NCBI GenBank assembly: GCA_977862235.1
Contig: OZ374559.1
Coordinates: 2,790,001 to 2,854,000 of the forward strand
Direction: 5' to 3'
DNA: 64,000 bases
Source: Dudresnaya verticillata
Lineage: Eukaryota
Positions 11,991-24,823 of this stretch are shown piece by piece. The position numbers were made by a program, and so were the translations under genes. How positions within the stretch are numbered: position 1 is the first letter of the stretch; each line of letters opens with the position of its first letter. The notes under the pieces were generated by a model that was not told where the DNA came from, made no database searches, and was given only the letters and a program-made list of their open reading frames with translations.

Positions 11991-13328
11991 TTTTTATTGC
12001 GTCGTGCCCTGTGTTACATATGACACGCTGTATACAACACATGTGTAGTGTTGTGCTGTTTCCAGCGTCACATATGCATATGTAATTTTGCATGCGACAC
12101 TCATATCAATTAATTGATACAATTGTATAAATGCGTTTTGGCAGTGCCTACGGCATAATACTTGGCTATTTTATAAATATGCTGGACGTTTTATTATACA
12201 GAATGGTGGAACAGAAGCAACAAAACCCTTCGTTAGTAAATTTTTCATTACATTGTTTCCTCCCACTGTGTTAAAACTTTGGCTCCAAGCGTGCATTCAT
12301 CTATTGCCTGGGCTGATATCAGTCCATATGGGTATCTGTGTGTTGCCACGGCCCACATTACAATTGTATCCCCTGTTTTAAATGTGCGTACGCAGTAAGA
12401 TTTGGCTATAGCCATGGGTATTTCAATACCCTATATATAGCCTATTATTGACAATCAAATCAGCTTGGTGCAACAATAGGAGCGAAACCTCCATGCCATA
12501 GATCATCCCAAGTGCAACTCCAATATGTTGGAAACCTCGCTTCATGTGTATGTGAACATGTTTTGAAATGGATTGGAATTACAATAACGATACGTGTTAG
12601 TATACAATCACCATATACTGATTAATCATAAAACAATTGTTCTATAAACCTTGGCATGGCATGCCATGCATTGAAAGCCATGTGTATTTATTAAGGCTTT
12701 CATTTTCATCAGCACAGAAGTGCAAAGTAATTGTTTCCGTGTCATGCTTTACATAGGAAAGCATGCCACTGCCATTTGTTGCTTCAAACGGGTGGTCCTG
12801 GGCATCGCGTACGCGAGATATTTGAAACACTGATTTATTATGCAGGCAAGAACGGCCGTGGCAGGTTATAATCACGTGCCGTAGCGTAATCGAACGATTG
12901 CTTTTGATGGGGGTTGCTAGGAATGTAGCTACATTTTCTTGCGCCGTACAGCAATACTAGTTACTAATTGACTCCCCTTTCGCTGAACAACCTTCCCTGA
13001 ACAACCTTACCTTAACAGGAGCACTGTTACATTCCCTATGATATATCACCTGCCCTTATCATTCATCCATCTGTACAGAAATACTGGGACGCAGAAGAGA
13101 AGAAATTGGTACGGTTGTCACTACTGCCCGTACAATATTTCTGTGGTACCAAAGCCACTTATGACTGTTTAGTTACTACGTGACTTCTATCCCAACAATT
13201 GATGCTGTGAACACATGTGTTGCAACTGAGTTGTTCCCATCTGACTGGCTGTGCCAGACGTTATCATTCGATAAACGTCATCATTTTGTTCGGAGTGTTA
13301 CGCCGTACGATTCAGAAAGTCAGAAAGC

Positions 13329-16300
13329 ATGAATTACGATCTGAGTGAGAAGAGAAGAAGGCGTCGCAGCACACTTGATCAATCTACCTGGCTTCAAGAT
13401 CTCAGGGCAAGACGAATAAGGAAAAATATCAGAACTGAGTACTCTTCTTCTGGTGGAGAGCCTGGAGGATCACACGGTCCCCAAGTGGACCCTCATCATA
13501 CAAGTCTTCACAATCCCTCTGTTGAACCGAACGGCGCGGAAGGACGCGTTGGGAGAAACGATACTCTACCATTAGGAACGAGATATAGGCTAACAAAAAA
13601 TGCTGAGGAGCACATAGCGCCAGAATGTGCAGCGGAACCTGAACAGGATAACCTCTTTCAAGAGTTCAGGGATGAAGAAATGGGTAATGCTGCCACGGTC
13701 TTAAAACAATTGCGAGAAAACGATTCTGCTGAGTTCTCAGACGGAGACGATGAAGTCGTTCCTTCAGCTGCTTGTGCACAAGATAATGGCCTGCCTCCGA
13801 GCGGATTACATAGGTCTGAAGAGCTAACTGGCAGGCTCGAGTCTGATGCAGAGCATGAAACAGAAGAGCAGGGGTCCCTTTTCCGTCGGCATCCGGCAGT
13901 CCATGAGAACGTTCGAGGCATGCCTGTGTGCACCTTGGGAACCTCTAGGATGAAGCGTGTAATGAGGAGGATGAAAAAATGTGGGCAGAACCATTGCATT
14001 TGACTTCAATACTCTGTGTTGTCGGAAGCGTTCGCCATACAGTACTACAATATGAGCTTTTGAAGCATTTGGTTGAAGATATTACAAGTCCTGGTTCCTT
14101 ACGTGACGGGGAGCAGGTCAGGATGCCACCATATAAGAGGCTTCATAGATACTTTATTTCGCTTGTGAACACATGCTTCCCATCCAGCAAACTGGTAAAG
14201 CTTCAAAGAAAAGGATCACAAAGTGGGTTGCTGACTAGACACGAATCCCGTGACTCAGTATTGGATTTGATTGAAGAAGAAGACGTTGAACAGAACAAAT
14301 AAGATGGCAGTAATGTATGTGTAACAACAACATCAGTCACGCAAACCCCCTCTTCTGTGTGTACACAAGATGATGAAAATGAGAAGGTGAGAGTAATCCT
14401 TCCAAGTTCATGGGCGAAGATAGATGTGGCAGCCCCTTTTTTTGTTCAATGTCATGTATCCTTCGTGTTCGAACCGACAAGGTCATTCCAGCGAACAATT
14501 CCTGAACAGGTCCAAAATGGTTAGGCAACGTGAACGTGTGACATGTTCATGCGAACACATATTTGTGCAATCTTCGAAATGGGAAATTACAAACGAAGAG
14601 GAAATATGTATGAACGGGGATTGTATTGCCGTTGAAGTCACTACTGGAAGACCGAGCTTCGCAACTGGTTACCGCATCTTCAGTACAGGATGTGGATATA
14701 TTTTCAGGGCCGTCGTTTTGTGCACATGGTGTGTTGCTGCGGAACCCGATGATACAAGCAGCTTCAAGAAGGCGATAAGTTTCATGCACTCTACGTCTGC
14801 TGAAAGAAATATAATGCATAGATTTGGAAGAGGGGCGAGACTCCAGAACAGTTCCGTAACTCGGGTTGTTCCGGGTGACATTTGCACCCTTCTCCGTCCG
14901 GAAGATACCACAGCGAATCAGTCGGCGTTCGCCGTTCTCATTCACAGATACTGGAGAGTGCAGCCCGGAACACTCACCAGAGTTTTATGCTGGGTACCAT
15001 TTGAAGCTGAAAAGCAACCCGATAGCTCAATAGATGAAATTCACTCTCAGTGTGAATGGCATGCTGTCAAGAAAGTCAACATGGAGCGACAGGCTGGTGA
15101 GGAAGAAGGCCATGACCCAAAAATATCGACAAGGTCATGGGGACGTCTACAGGATGGTTCTAAATATTTCGTGTACAGAGTTCTCTTATTCTGTGATGAC
15201 TTCCAAGCATCAATGATGATGGGTCCATCCTCATCAGCTGGGGGATGTTATTTGCTGCCATTTTCTTTGCCGCCACATGTAAGAAGGAAAGCTTCATCTG
15301 TTAGAATCATTGGACTTACACCTCCCGGAGTTTCCTCGAACGAGATACTCAGGTACATAACAGAAGATCTGGTGGTAGCCGGCACCACCGGTGTTCAGGG
15401 ATTTGCTCCGAACGGTGAAAGCGTCACAATTTTTATCGACGTCATTGGGTTCATCGGAGATTACCCGGCGTCTGCTGCAACCGTTGATGTCATTGGGCAC
15501 GTAGGATCATCTCCTTGCACGCTATGTGCTTTTAGAAGACTACCTGTTCAGGACGCGAAGGGCACAAGATTCGGATACACAACAGCTGTGCATGCCAGCA
15601 ATTCATCGTTTCTGAGACAAAGTGAAAGACATCAGGCTTTGCGGAAGGGTCAAATTCCAGATACCGACGCGAACAAGCTGGGGATGAAGCCGAACGGAGT
15701 AATATGAAACAGCTCTTGCCCTCTTCTCTACCTACAAAGTTCACTCAAAAGAAGAATGGGCGCAGTTCCTCTCAACTCGGAAGGCCATCGCGTGGTGTCC
15801 GCACTATTCGACCCTTACAGGTCTAACTTTGTGGCTCCGGACCATTTACTAACAGGGTTGTCCAAGAACATTTTAAATGCCGTTTACGCATCTCTACCTT
15901 CGAACGAAATGCGTACCGAAATTGATGTGCGCATATGCGCCTCTCTACAAGAGAATGGATTACTGACACAGAAGCAGGTATTCAACCACAACAAGAAAAA
16001 GCTTCACAGTATGAGCTTATCCTCTGTCTTCTGCGTCCTTTTGGTTTCCGTTCCTGTCTGTCGCGCAATGAGTTCTCATGTTTCTGGTGAAGATGGGAAG
16101 TTTCCTCAAGTGGTCCAGCTACTACAAAAGCTACAGCGCCTTGTAGCTTTCACTTATTGGTGGCCTGAAAAAGAGCTTGACGGGGCTAACGCTGAAGCGT
16201 TTGTGGTGAAAGAGAATGAGAAATATATTTCAGAACTGAGGTGGTTATCAAAGCAGTACGTGCAAAGTGTTGAGTCGTTGTGTTCAGTGTTCACTGATAT

Positions 16301-17378
16301 TACGCAGCATCTGGATAGGCCGAACCTTCACCGACTTTTGGAACTGTATGAGCATAGCATACCTGCTTTTGGGCACGTAAGAGAGTTCATGGAGCTCGTT
16401 TTTGAGTGCGCACATCAACCTCTGAAAAGATGTATATCTAGAAGCAATCAGAAAGACGCTCACCTCTCGGCAGTGGAACACTGCCTAGCAAACGACTGGC
16501 AGGGGAGAATTATGGCTGTTAGGAATTATGAGAACTCATGCGATCGCTTACAAAAGCGGTATCTGAGGCGTCTGTTCTATGGTGAAGTTGCTGATCTGCT
16601 GAAAGAATCTGAAGAGAAGGAATTAATAGACGAACTTGACTCAACTATTGTGCAGCAATTTACAAAAACTTGCCTATGGCAAATGCAGAAGGATGAGCGA
16701 GTTTGCAATTTCGCTCTTGATAGAAGCTCTATGTGGGTACCCAGAAATATAACAGATGCAGAGAGCATAGCCAAAGAAGTCCCAATTTCCGAAGACGACA
16801 TGACAAGTTTGTTTTCGGAGATGAAGGATTGGCTAAACACCTGGTTTCCTTCTAACCAACGACTGGAAGAGAGCGGGACAGATCAGTTCCGACTCTACAG
16901 CAGTGCGGGAAGGTACAAAATAAGGAACGACGGGTCTGTAGGAGGAAGATCTGCGGGCTATGATACCATCTATGAGGGAACAACTGTACAGACCTATCTG
17001 GAACCGGTTATGAGGGAGAGAAAACTAGTTCAGCCCGTTACAAATGGTGGTGGAGAACTCCAACTGTTTGCTGTCGTTGCAATTTTACAGCGATATGAAG
17101 AGGTCCCTTGGGCAATTTGCGTGCGCTGCCGTATGGAGCAAGGAGGATACGTTCATGTGGAAAATCCGTTTCATTCCTCCACAGTCCAACTTTTGCAGCT
17201 CCGTCCTGAAATAAGGAGAGTTGCTCTGTACCACGCTTGCGATCAGGAAACGGGAACCCGAAGCAAATGTCGCATTGATGCTACAAGAAGAGTGGTATTG
17301 CATACCAAGACCCTGCTTGAGGGAGGAAGGATGCGTTTTCAAAGGAGACTGAATGGGTACCCACCCCGATTGGCCTGA
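13329..17378 (+). pseudogene. CMC/EnSpm (CACTA/Plavaka-like) DDE transposase, disrupted
   Basis: LFCDDF, SAGGCYL, FIGDYPA...GHVGSSPCTLC, APDHLLTG, PNLHRLLE...FGH...FECAHQPLK; ORFs 14424-15707 and 15756-17378 are in frame across one TGA; frameshifts upstream. Confidence 0.7.
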
Positions 17379-17417
17379 GGGTGCAACGTTTTTATGGAGA
17401 GATGGAGCCCTCCAGAA

Positions 17418-17479
17418 ATTCGTATTGTACGACATGCATGTATAAATATATTTATGCATGCATGTCGTACAATACGAAT
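17418..17479. repeat. 62-bp palindrome (31-bp arms, 1 mismatch) between convergent ORFs
   Basis: ATTCGTATTGTACGACATGCATGTATAAATA|TATTTATGCATGCATGTCGTACAATACGAAT. Confidence 0.95.
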
Positions 17480-17558
17480 GTATACATGTGTATCTGAACA
17501 ACTTCCTATGTTAAAAACGACTGTGTTTACTTCATGACATGCTGCCTTTTCAAAGTCT

Positions 17559-20057
17559 TCAAATACACCCTATACCCTCATCATCATCTTCCGCTATCTC
17601 CTTCCCCTCTGCTCCATAGTCCTGAGTATCATCATTAGGGTTATCTTCCTCCATCCCAGCGTAATGTAGCCTGTCATACTCCTTCATAGTCATGCGTACG
17701 CATTTGTTCTCAAAAAGAGACTTCCGGTTGTACTCACCGGGGAGTAAATCCTGCAAGCTGAGAACGCCTGATACAACGCTTGACGGCGAGCATACTTGAC
17801 CAGCTCTCAAATGACTCTTGTTCAGAAACTGTACAGTCAGACTCTTGAATAGGTTCGCGATCACCATGATGCACTGAAAGGAAGATTCATGCGTTCGCAG
17901 GAACAACGAAATGTCTGGTGCGTGGCAATACTCCACGATGAATGACAGCGCCACTTCAACCATATGGATAGCACGAGACAATATCTTGCGTTCAGTGTTG
18001 TCGTTTCTCTTCTGATTACCAGAACCCGATACCACTTGAACCTGATAACTTGCGTACAGCACCATATTTCCCCAGCTCTCAAACAGACCTTTCATGATTC
18101 GGTTATTCTCAGCGTCCGCTTCCATAATAAGTTTTGCATCACTCCCTGCAGGACAAACCGATGGTTTAGGCACGTCTTCCATTCTGAAAATGTCCCAGAT
18201 CCCAACTGTATCAGTGTCACTTTCCGTAGGGGACGCTTGAATTAACGAAGGGTCAGCCCATTTCATTTCGCAAGTAGCCTGTATGGCTTTGGTTCCGAGA
18301 TCAGTCCATGGAACGAGAAGGAATCCTAAGTTCTGAAAGAAGGATTGCTTGAAATTTTCACGGGAGGCGTGGAGGTGTGATCCGAGAACTCGATAAACTC
18401 GAAGTGCTCCATGAGTAGCGATGTCATCTCGTGTGGGTGCTTCTTTTACAGAAAGCCCTGAACAGGGTCCATCTCGACTCTTCTTGACTCTTTCCTGGAT
18501 AACCCGAGCCTGGAGAACGTTGTCAGAACTGACGTATCCGGGGGCGAGCCACTTCGGACGGGCTATCTTTGCTTGATCGCCTCGCTGCAACGAACCGTTT
18601 TTCTCGCCTTTCCGTATGGGAGAACTCTTAAATGACTTACCCCATTTATGTGCAGCTTGCTTCGGGTCACTTAGACTGTTCACAGATCCGTCCACTCTTC
18701 CGCTGTCAGAATGTTTTTCTCTGAACAAGCCAAATGTGTCTTTGGATACGTTAAAGAAAAGGTTGCGTACAACTGTGTAGCGGAAGTCGCCATGCAGTTT
18801 TCCAATTCCCGTCTCCCATAAGTTGCGAGTTTCCTTGGGCTGTAAGCTGAACAGCAAAGCGGCCATCACAGCTGCTGACTTGCTCTCGACGCTGCCTTCT
18901 TTCGAGCGAAATGTTCTGTTCACAAAGATAGGAACATTGTAAGCAAGAACGCGAGAAAGGAGACTGGAAGAGAACACAGCGTTCATAGATGGTGTCAATG
19001 AATCCAATTTGCTTCGGAATTGAGCAGCTGTGATTCGTTTGGATGCGTTCGCAGTGCCTCCCACTTTCACGTTCGACCCTAGCATATGCACGTGTCCACG
19101 AAGATCAGCAACATCTCCTTCCAGATTCTTGACAATGTCAAGAATTTTCCGACTAACCTGGAGATTCTCCCGGCTTTGCAGCCTGAAATCTTCCAAAAGT
19201 TCTTTCCTAAAAGCCTGAAGCATTCTTCTGTTGGCGTTGCTCGCGGAAATCTGTTTCGCAGCGTAGTCTGAGTGGTCCGATGGACATGTTTCTAACCGCG
19301 GACGCGAGACCTTAAAGAGAGGGATATCTCGAAGATCCGGAGTTTCAAATGATCTTCCTGCAGAAAGACCTTCATTGTCCATTCGCCCAGGGTGTCGAAC
19401 GCCATGTCCATCGTTTTGAGAACCAGATCTGGTCGGTGGCAATCCACGGCACGAGAGCGGAGCCAACATGTCACTCTCCTCATCCTCATCATCTGTATTC
19501 TTTTTCACCTCACCCCTGCGTGTTGTAGAGGGACTATCTTGATTATCGTTTTCGGTTTCAAGGATTGAAGGGTTCCCTTTTCCAGGAGAGTGATTCTGCG
19601 GCGTACGCTGAGACACTGACCTTTCTTGTGATATCGAGTTGGAAAGCGGGGTCTTCAAAGACCTTCGTTTCCTTGTTGGCATTTCACCATTACTCTTTTT
19701 CATTTCAGGCTTCTCAGGGGACGGAGCCAATATTCGTTTCGAACCGGAACCGGACGACGAGCGTCGCGCGGTCACGTCGCCGTTTGGTACGGATAATTTT
19801 TCGGGTGTGGCTGTCACCACCCGCTCGAGCTCTTGTAAATGGTTATTCCTCCGCGGTACTTTGCGAATGCTCGTTTTCAATACAACGTCTTGAATTGGTG
19901 AAGCTGTACCTTTTGATCTTGATCGAGGGGAAACTCTAGTAGGCTGAACAGCCTTAGATGCGGACGCAACTCGTTGAGCCGCGGCAGCATCTTGATAAGC
20001 CCTCATCTTTTGTGCGGAAGCTGTCTTCTTGCGAACTGCCGAGCGACCCTTCATCAT
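17559..20057 (-). CDS. Hypothetical 832-aa protein (disordered basic/Ser-rich N-terminus, coiled-coil-like segment, acidic tail)
   Basis: Long uninterrupted ATG ORF; no recognisable family. Confidence 0.75.
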   Translation of the reverse strand: MMKGRSAVRKKTASAQKMRAYQDAAAAQRVASASKAVQPTRVSPRSRSKGTASPIQDVVLKTSIRKVPRRNNHLQELERVVTATPEKLSVPNGDVTARRSSSGSGSKRILAPSPEKPEMKKSNGEMPTRKRRSLKTPLSNSISQERSVSQRTPQNHSPGKGNPSILETENDNQDSPSTTRRGEVKKNTDDEDEESDMLAPLSCRGLPPTRSGSQNDGHGVRHPGRMDNEGLSAGRSFETPDLRDIPLFKVSRPRLETCPSDHSDYAAKQISASNANRRMLQAFRKELLEDFRLQSRENLQVSRKILDIVKNLEGDVADLRGHVHMLGSNVKVGGTANASKRITAAQFRSKLDSLTPSMNAVFSSSLLSRVLAYNVPIFVNRTFRSKEGSVESKSAAVMAALLFSLQPKETRNLWETGIGKLHGDFRYTVVRNLFFNVSKDTFGLFREKHSDSGRVDGSVNSLSDPKQAAHKWGKSFKSSPIRKGEKNGSLQRGDQAKIARPKWLAPGYVSSDNVLQARVIQERVKKSRDGPCSGLSVKEAPTRDDIATHGALRVYRVLGSHLHASRENFKQSFFQNLGFLLVPWTDLGTKAIQATCEMKWADPSLIQASPTESDTDTVGIWDIFRMEDVPKPSVCPAGSDAKLIMEADAENNRIMKGLFESWGNMVLYASYQVQVVSGSGNQKRNDNTERKILSRAIHMVEVALSFIVEYCHAPDISLFLRTHESSFQCIMVIANLFKSLTVQFLNKSHLRAGQVCSPSSVVSGVLSLQDLLPGEYNRKSLFENKCVRMTMKEYDRLHYAGMEEDNPNDDTQDYGAEGKEIAEDDDEGIGCI

Positions 20058-21240
20058 GTACAGCTGAACAGTGTTAGACCTTAAGGTACCTTACTCGTTC
20101 CTAGTCACGGTTTCGCAGATGAACTCTTACTAGCCTTCCTTTTCGTGACCACACTGTATCAGAGGTTATATGCAGAACTGCTCTTGAGGCCTCATGAGGT
20201 CATGAATTCAGTGAAAGTGCCTGTCCAGTATCTGTCTCCCAATGGTCCGTGTTTCGGTATTGCTCTCGCGCCATTGTGTTGACGGGAATTCGAGAGGTCG
20301 CAAGCAAGGATCAGGTACCTGACACTGAATTAATGCACGATGGACCAGCAATGCGATCAATTGCGATTGAAAGTTCTCAATACAGACTATAGTCTTGAAT
20401 CGGTTCCATTTAACGTATCGATGCAGACGATGGCGCGACGCCACGGACAATCTCAGTCAAACCCAGAAAGGCGGGAGAACAAATAGAATCATTACAGGAA
20501 AATGAGATCTCAACTTCAGAGTGTTGCACAGGCCACTGGATCGATTCATCCAGCGCCCCTCGTTATTCAGCATTTATCTGTCGCCAAGCCCAGTCCGGAC
20601 GGATGGGGCCCCATAGGGACTTGGATGCAGATGAAAAATGTCGCTTCAACAGCAGACACGAGTGTCACGAACGTGGAGTTTCGACAGGTCAGAGCAACCG
20701 CGCATTCAATACGCGATCAATTTGATCGTCTCAGGAGCTGGATCGCATTGGGTGCCTGTTCCATCTGCACTGCTGCTCAGAAGCATGCCATTGTCGTCTC
20801 AATACAATAAATGTTAGTGGCCTTAGCACACTTCGGAAGCCAGACGCGATCGAAATGAAGCATTTTTGTCGTGCTGGCACGGGCCAGTAGTTTATGGTGG
20901 CTTCTGTGGCCTAGAAAAGCCTTGACCGCTCGCGTGCCTTTTTGGTTCAGGTCAGTGCCGTGTTAGACTGTATACTGTTTATATACATGCACACCGAAGA
21001 TCTCCGCTGAGACAGCAAGAGCTTCTCTCCGAAAAACAGGAGGCACTCGCGTTCGCTTCTTCGAGATTGTCTCCTCTTTTCCGCGTACGCGTATACGTAT
21101 AGCTATATGCGTATAAATATTCTGGTTCAAGTAATCATACCGGCAGGCCATGGTGCACCATGGCCATGCTCAAGGAACTGAAGAAGAATTTTGAGTTGAT
21201 CGACTAGACGGCCGTCACTCGCACGCGTGTTCACGTAAAT

Positions 21241-22731
21241 ATGGTGACGAGAGATCCAAGTATTACCGCTTCAAGAACTCGAAGAGCAACAAAATCGTAT
21301 GCGGTGCCGCGAAAGAACGACTTCATAGAAGTGTTGTGGTCCATCGATACACTTCCCGGATGTCCGGATCAATGGTGCCTTGCAGAAGTCGTTCATATGT
21401 TTGACGAAGAAGAATCAGAACTGAATGACAGGGAATGTCTTGCACGCGGAACGATACGCTACCCAAGCAGTGAGCACTGGGCTGAATCTGTTTCCGTTGT
21501 CCTGTTTCTGGAAGACTATTTGCTACAAGTCGCTCCGAGTATTGAGTTCTCTGGTAATAATGACGGTGTCTCAGCCGATCCCGAAAGCCTATCCCATCCG
21601 ACGATTTCTTGGCGCTATGCTCGATATCTCGGAGGTGCAACGGAGCCGGAGCCCGAGTCGGATGCTGACTGGGGGGAATCTTTTCGTACGAATTCTCGAG
21701 TAGAAAGTGTGGGACCCAAGAGCGATGGGAAATGTACAGACCCTTCCTTTCGTAGTACGGAAGTGTATAGGCTTCGTGAGGCACATGCACACGTGGCGGT
21801 TGAACTGGAAAGAGTGAAACGAGAACTCGTGCTTCAATCGCAGAGATTGTCCAGAGTGGAGCAATCTTCCCTACCTCGTGGTTTCAGCGCGTCAGGTTCG
21901 ACGATGTCATGTCTTTCTTCTGGATGCGTGACCACTCGACTGCGACACAATCTCGCAATCAGAATGCAGGGCCCCGTTAAGACAGTTCAGTACGGGAACC
22001 CGGTGAAGAAGGGGAGAGCTCAGGGCAGTCAAGTGAACAGGGGAGTATCTGTAGACGGAGTACTTCAGGGAACAATCAAGGTAAGAGTGGATTGCAATCT
22101 ACAGCAGTTCGAGTGTATGGCACGAGAAATGCGGACGAGACCAAACGGTATGCGAATACAATTCGATCCGGAGTTCTCCCACACGCAAGTCCCAGCATCC
22201 GGAAGCACTTCGTTCACACTTGCCTTTCCGTCTTTTGCACACTTGTCCGATTGTATTGGCATTAACTCCGTTACGGATCGCTTGGAAATGTGCAGGAAAT
22301 GTGGTTCCTCGCCGACAGGGGATCTGCTCAGGATATTGGGGTCGTATGAGTTTGATTCGGACTCGCAACAAGCTTCTAGAATTCATATCGCCTCGAGCTT
22401 TGCACGCAACGTTGCGTACCCTCCACGACATTCACATACTCATGAGAACTCAGCGGGCGATTTCACTAATGAGGAATTCAAGCGGAAATATCCTGTACTA
22501 CTTCGAAAAAACAGAGACTGGAACATTGTAGAGAGTCGTTTTACCCATGAGCTTGTATTGAAGCAGGAACAAGAGCAAACACTCGCGGGGCCCATTTCAG
22601 AACTGAACGCCTTTACAATTTCTTGGAAAAGGGCTCCTGATGCGTCATTACGGACTTGGTCGAGAGAAATAGCGAACGCTGCAGAAGTATTCGGTACTGT
22701 TGAACTTTCGCTGCGTTTATCCAAGTGGTAG
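21241..22731 (+). CDS. Hypothetical 496-aa protein, possible N-terminal Tudor-like domain and coiled coil
   Basis: Intact ATG ORF; DFIEVLW...WCLAEV...GTIRY resembles a Tudor/Agenet barrel (weak). Confidence 0.6.
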   Translation: MVTRDPSITASRTRRATKSYAVPRKNDFIEVLWSIDTLPGCPDQWCLAEVVHMFDEEESELNDRECLARGTIRYPSSEHWAESVSVVLFLEDYLLQVAPSIEFSGNNDGVSADPESLSHPTISWRYARYLGGATEPEPESDADWGESFRTNSRVESVGPKSDGKCTDPSFRSTEVYRLREAHAHVAVELERVKRELVLQSQRLSRVEQSSLPRGFSASGSTMSCLSSGCVTTRLRHNLAIRMQGPVKTVQYGNPVKKGRAQGSQVNRGVSVDGVLQGTIKVRVDCNLQQFECMAREMRTRPNGMRIQFDPEFSHTQVPASGSTSFTLAFPSFAHLSDCIGINSVTDRLEMCRKCGSSPTGDLLRILGSYEFDSDSQQASRIHIASSFARNVAYPPRHSHTHENSAGDFTNEEFKRKYPVLLRKNRDWNIVESRFTHELVLKQEQEQTLAGPISELNAFTISWKRAPDASLRTWSREIANAAEVFGTVELSLRLSKW

Positions 22732-24823
22732 GGCAATATCTCTGTGGTGAGATAGGTGGCTTAGCCAATGATGACGTTTTGTGTTAAGTGCTCGCCGGTA
22801 CTTCCGATAAAAATGTAGGATTGCAAGCCAGAACGAAATAGGCTAGGACAGAACTTCACAATTGTCTCCATACGGCTAACCTTGTACAAAGGTGCTCGAG
22901 CAGTTCCGATCGGAAATGAGCTTCTCCCATAACAATCTTGAAAACGCAGGACTATATTATTGTTGTCCATCATCCGATGGATGCATTGAACTGCAATCCA
23001 AATCGATGCCACTCTTCAGAGTCGTCTTCATCCTGAGTACTCAATGGACGTCCATATGGATATCGAATCCTGATGCACTGCATCGCCATGGGCGCATGCG
23101 GGCAATTCCCTCGTGGGAATCACACAAACCTCATCTGGCCAACAGGATGAGGCGTTATGGCACGTGCGCGCGGCTATCATACCCGCACAGGCATTCAATG
23201 CATACCACACTACGTGGAGACATTTTTGACCACAAATTTTGATGTGTGCGCTGAGATCGTCATCGTGCTATTCACCATAACGGCGCTAGCCAATGGTAAT
23301 ACAGAAATAATACGTTGCAAGTACGTGTCGAAAGAGAACGTTCGTTTCAAACCAGGAGATCATCTTTGCGGTTGCAACTCTCTCTGGATGCAGTACAGTG
23401 GGGCGTTGTCTGTCTGCAGACAACGCTTTTCGACAAGAATCTCATTTCAAATGTTCCGCGTACGCGGACTTTCGGGAGTACATTGATCCCGCAAGATGTT
23501 GGGTGCCCTTTTGCCCGCCTGCGCGCGCGCACACACCTGCGGGCGACCTTTGAATGCATCCAGGAACGAGTTCTCGAACATCACATTGTCAAATTCTTCA
23601 TCGGACTTCCCGTCGCATGGGACTACAGACGCGGCGGCACGCGACGCATTCGTCGGCATGCAGACAATCTGCGGCATCCGCCGCTTCGAATGGATCTACC
23701 TAGTGAAGAAGTGGAGAAGCGTGTCGTCTTGTTGACCGGTAAGTTATCAAGCCATCAATGTCTGAGAAGCATCGTTTAGGCCTCTCCAAGCTCCGTTCGG
23801 ATTCAGCTACTCGAGTAGCTAGCTAACTTACATGGAACAGTCTGCGCACATTTCCGAGCAAGATCATGCTGATGTGCTCGCGTTCGGCCTCGTTAATCGG
23901 GCTTTCGTAACAATTGGCAAACATGGCCACTTTAATGGTGAGTTCTCACGTCATTGAGGTTTGCGAAGCTTGGTTTAGGCTATTCGAAGCCTGGGCTAGA
24001 TGTCAGAGAGTCTGACCACAGTTTCCAGGAAGATCATGTTCTTCTGTTCGCGATTACAGCGAGTACTTCCCTACCTAACCTATCTATGTGGTATGTCTAT
24101 TTGCGAAACAACACCAGCATCTCGCGTACGCGACATTCAAGTGGCGTCTCATTCGGGTGGCGGCCGTCCGCAGAAACGGACATCGACCGGCGGATGTCCT
24201 CGATCGCAGTGATCTGTCAGCACGGGACAACTGGTGGGGCGACCGACCGCTTCTAGTAGGACCACCCTCTGTATCATTGGAGTATTCTACTACATCACTG
24301 CTACGGATGAACGCCACTGCGCACAACTGCTAGGGTACATTTTGAAATAAAGGCGCTGAATGCTATTGCTTACGGATTACAAAATCTATGCATGGAGCGC
24401 AACATCTTAAGGTGTTGAGAGGGGTTCGAAGCCATTGCGCTGAAGATGGCAGAACTGCATGCATAAGCGTGTTAGGAAGTTTCGAGCGGGGTACAGAACT
24501 GCGAAAGCTGCTAGCGCAGTACTTAGTTCGTCTGAGACATCAATCTGAAGATTGCAGTGACACATGGGAATACGAGCACTCGGTTGCACCTTATTGAGAT
24601 ATAGACACGCGACACATCTCGCCGCAGTGTCCTCGTCTCAATGAGTCGGTCTGCTGCAGAAGAATAATGGAACCCAGAACAGTGAAAGCGAACGCGCCGT
24701 GCGGATAAATCAGCCGTCGCTTAAGTGATAAACTATTGGCCACGTGCAAGGCGGCAAATCAAAATTATAGATATGATTTTATCAAATTCGTGTTGGCCCA
24801 TGCGCGATGGCCCACGTATTGCC

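Noticed and set aside
7680..17378. In-frame stops as evidence for a non-standard genetic code or readthrough
   Set aside because: TAA, TAG and TGA all occur as interruptions in the window alongside frameshifts, and intact genes end normally; ordinary decay explains it
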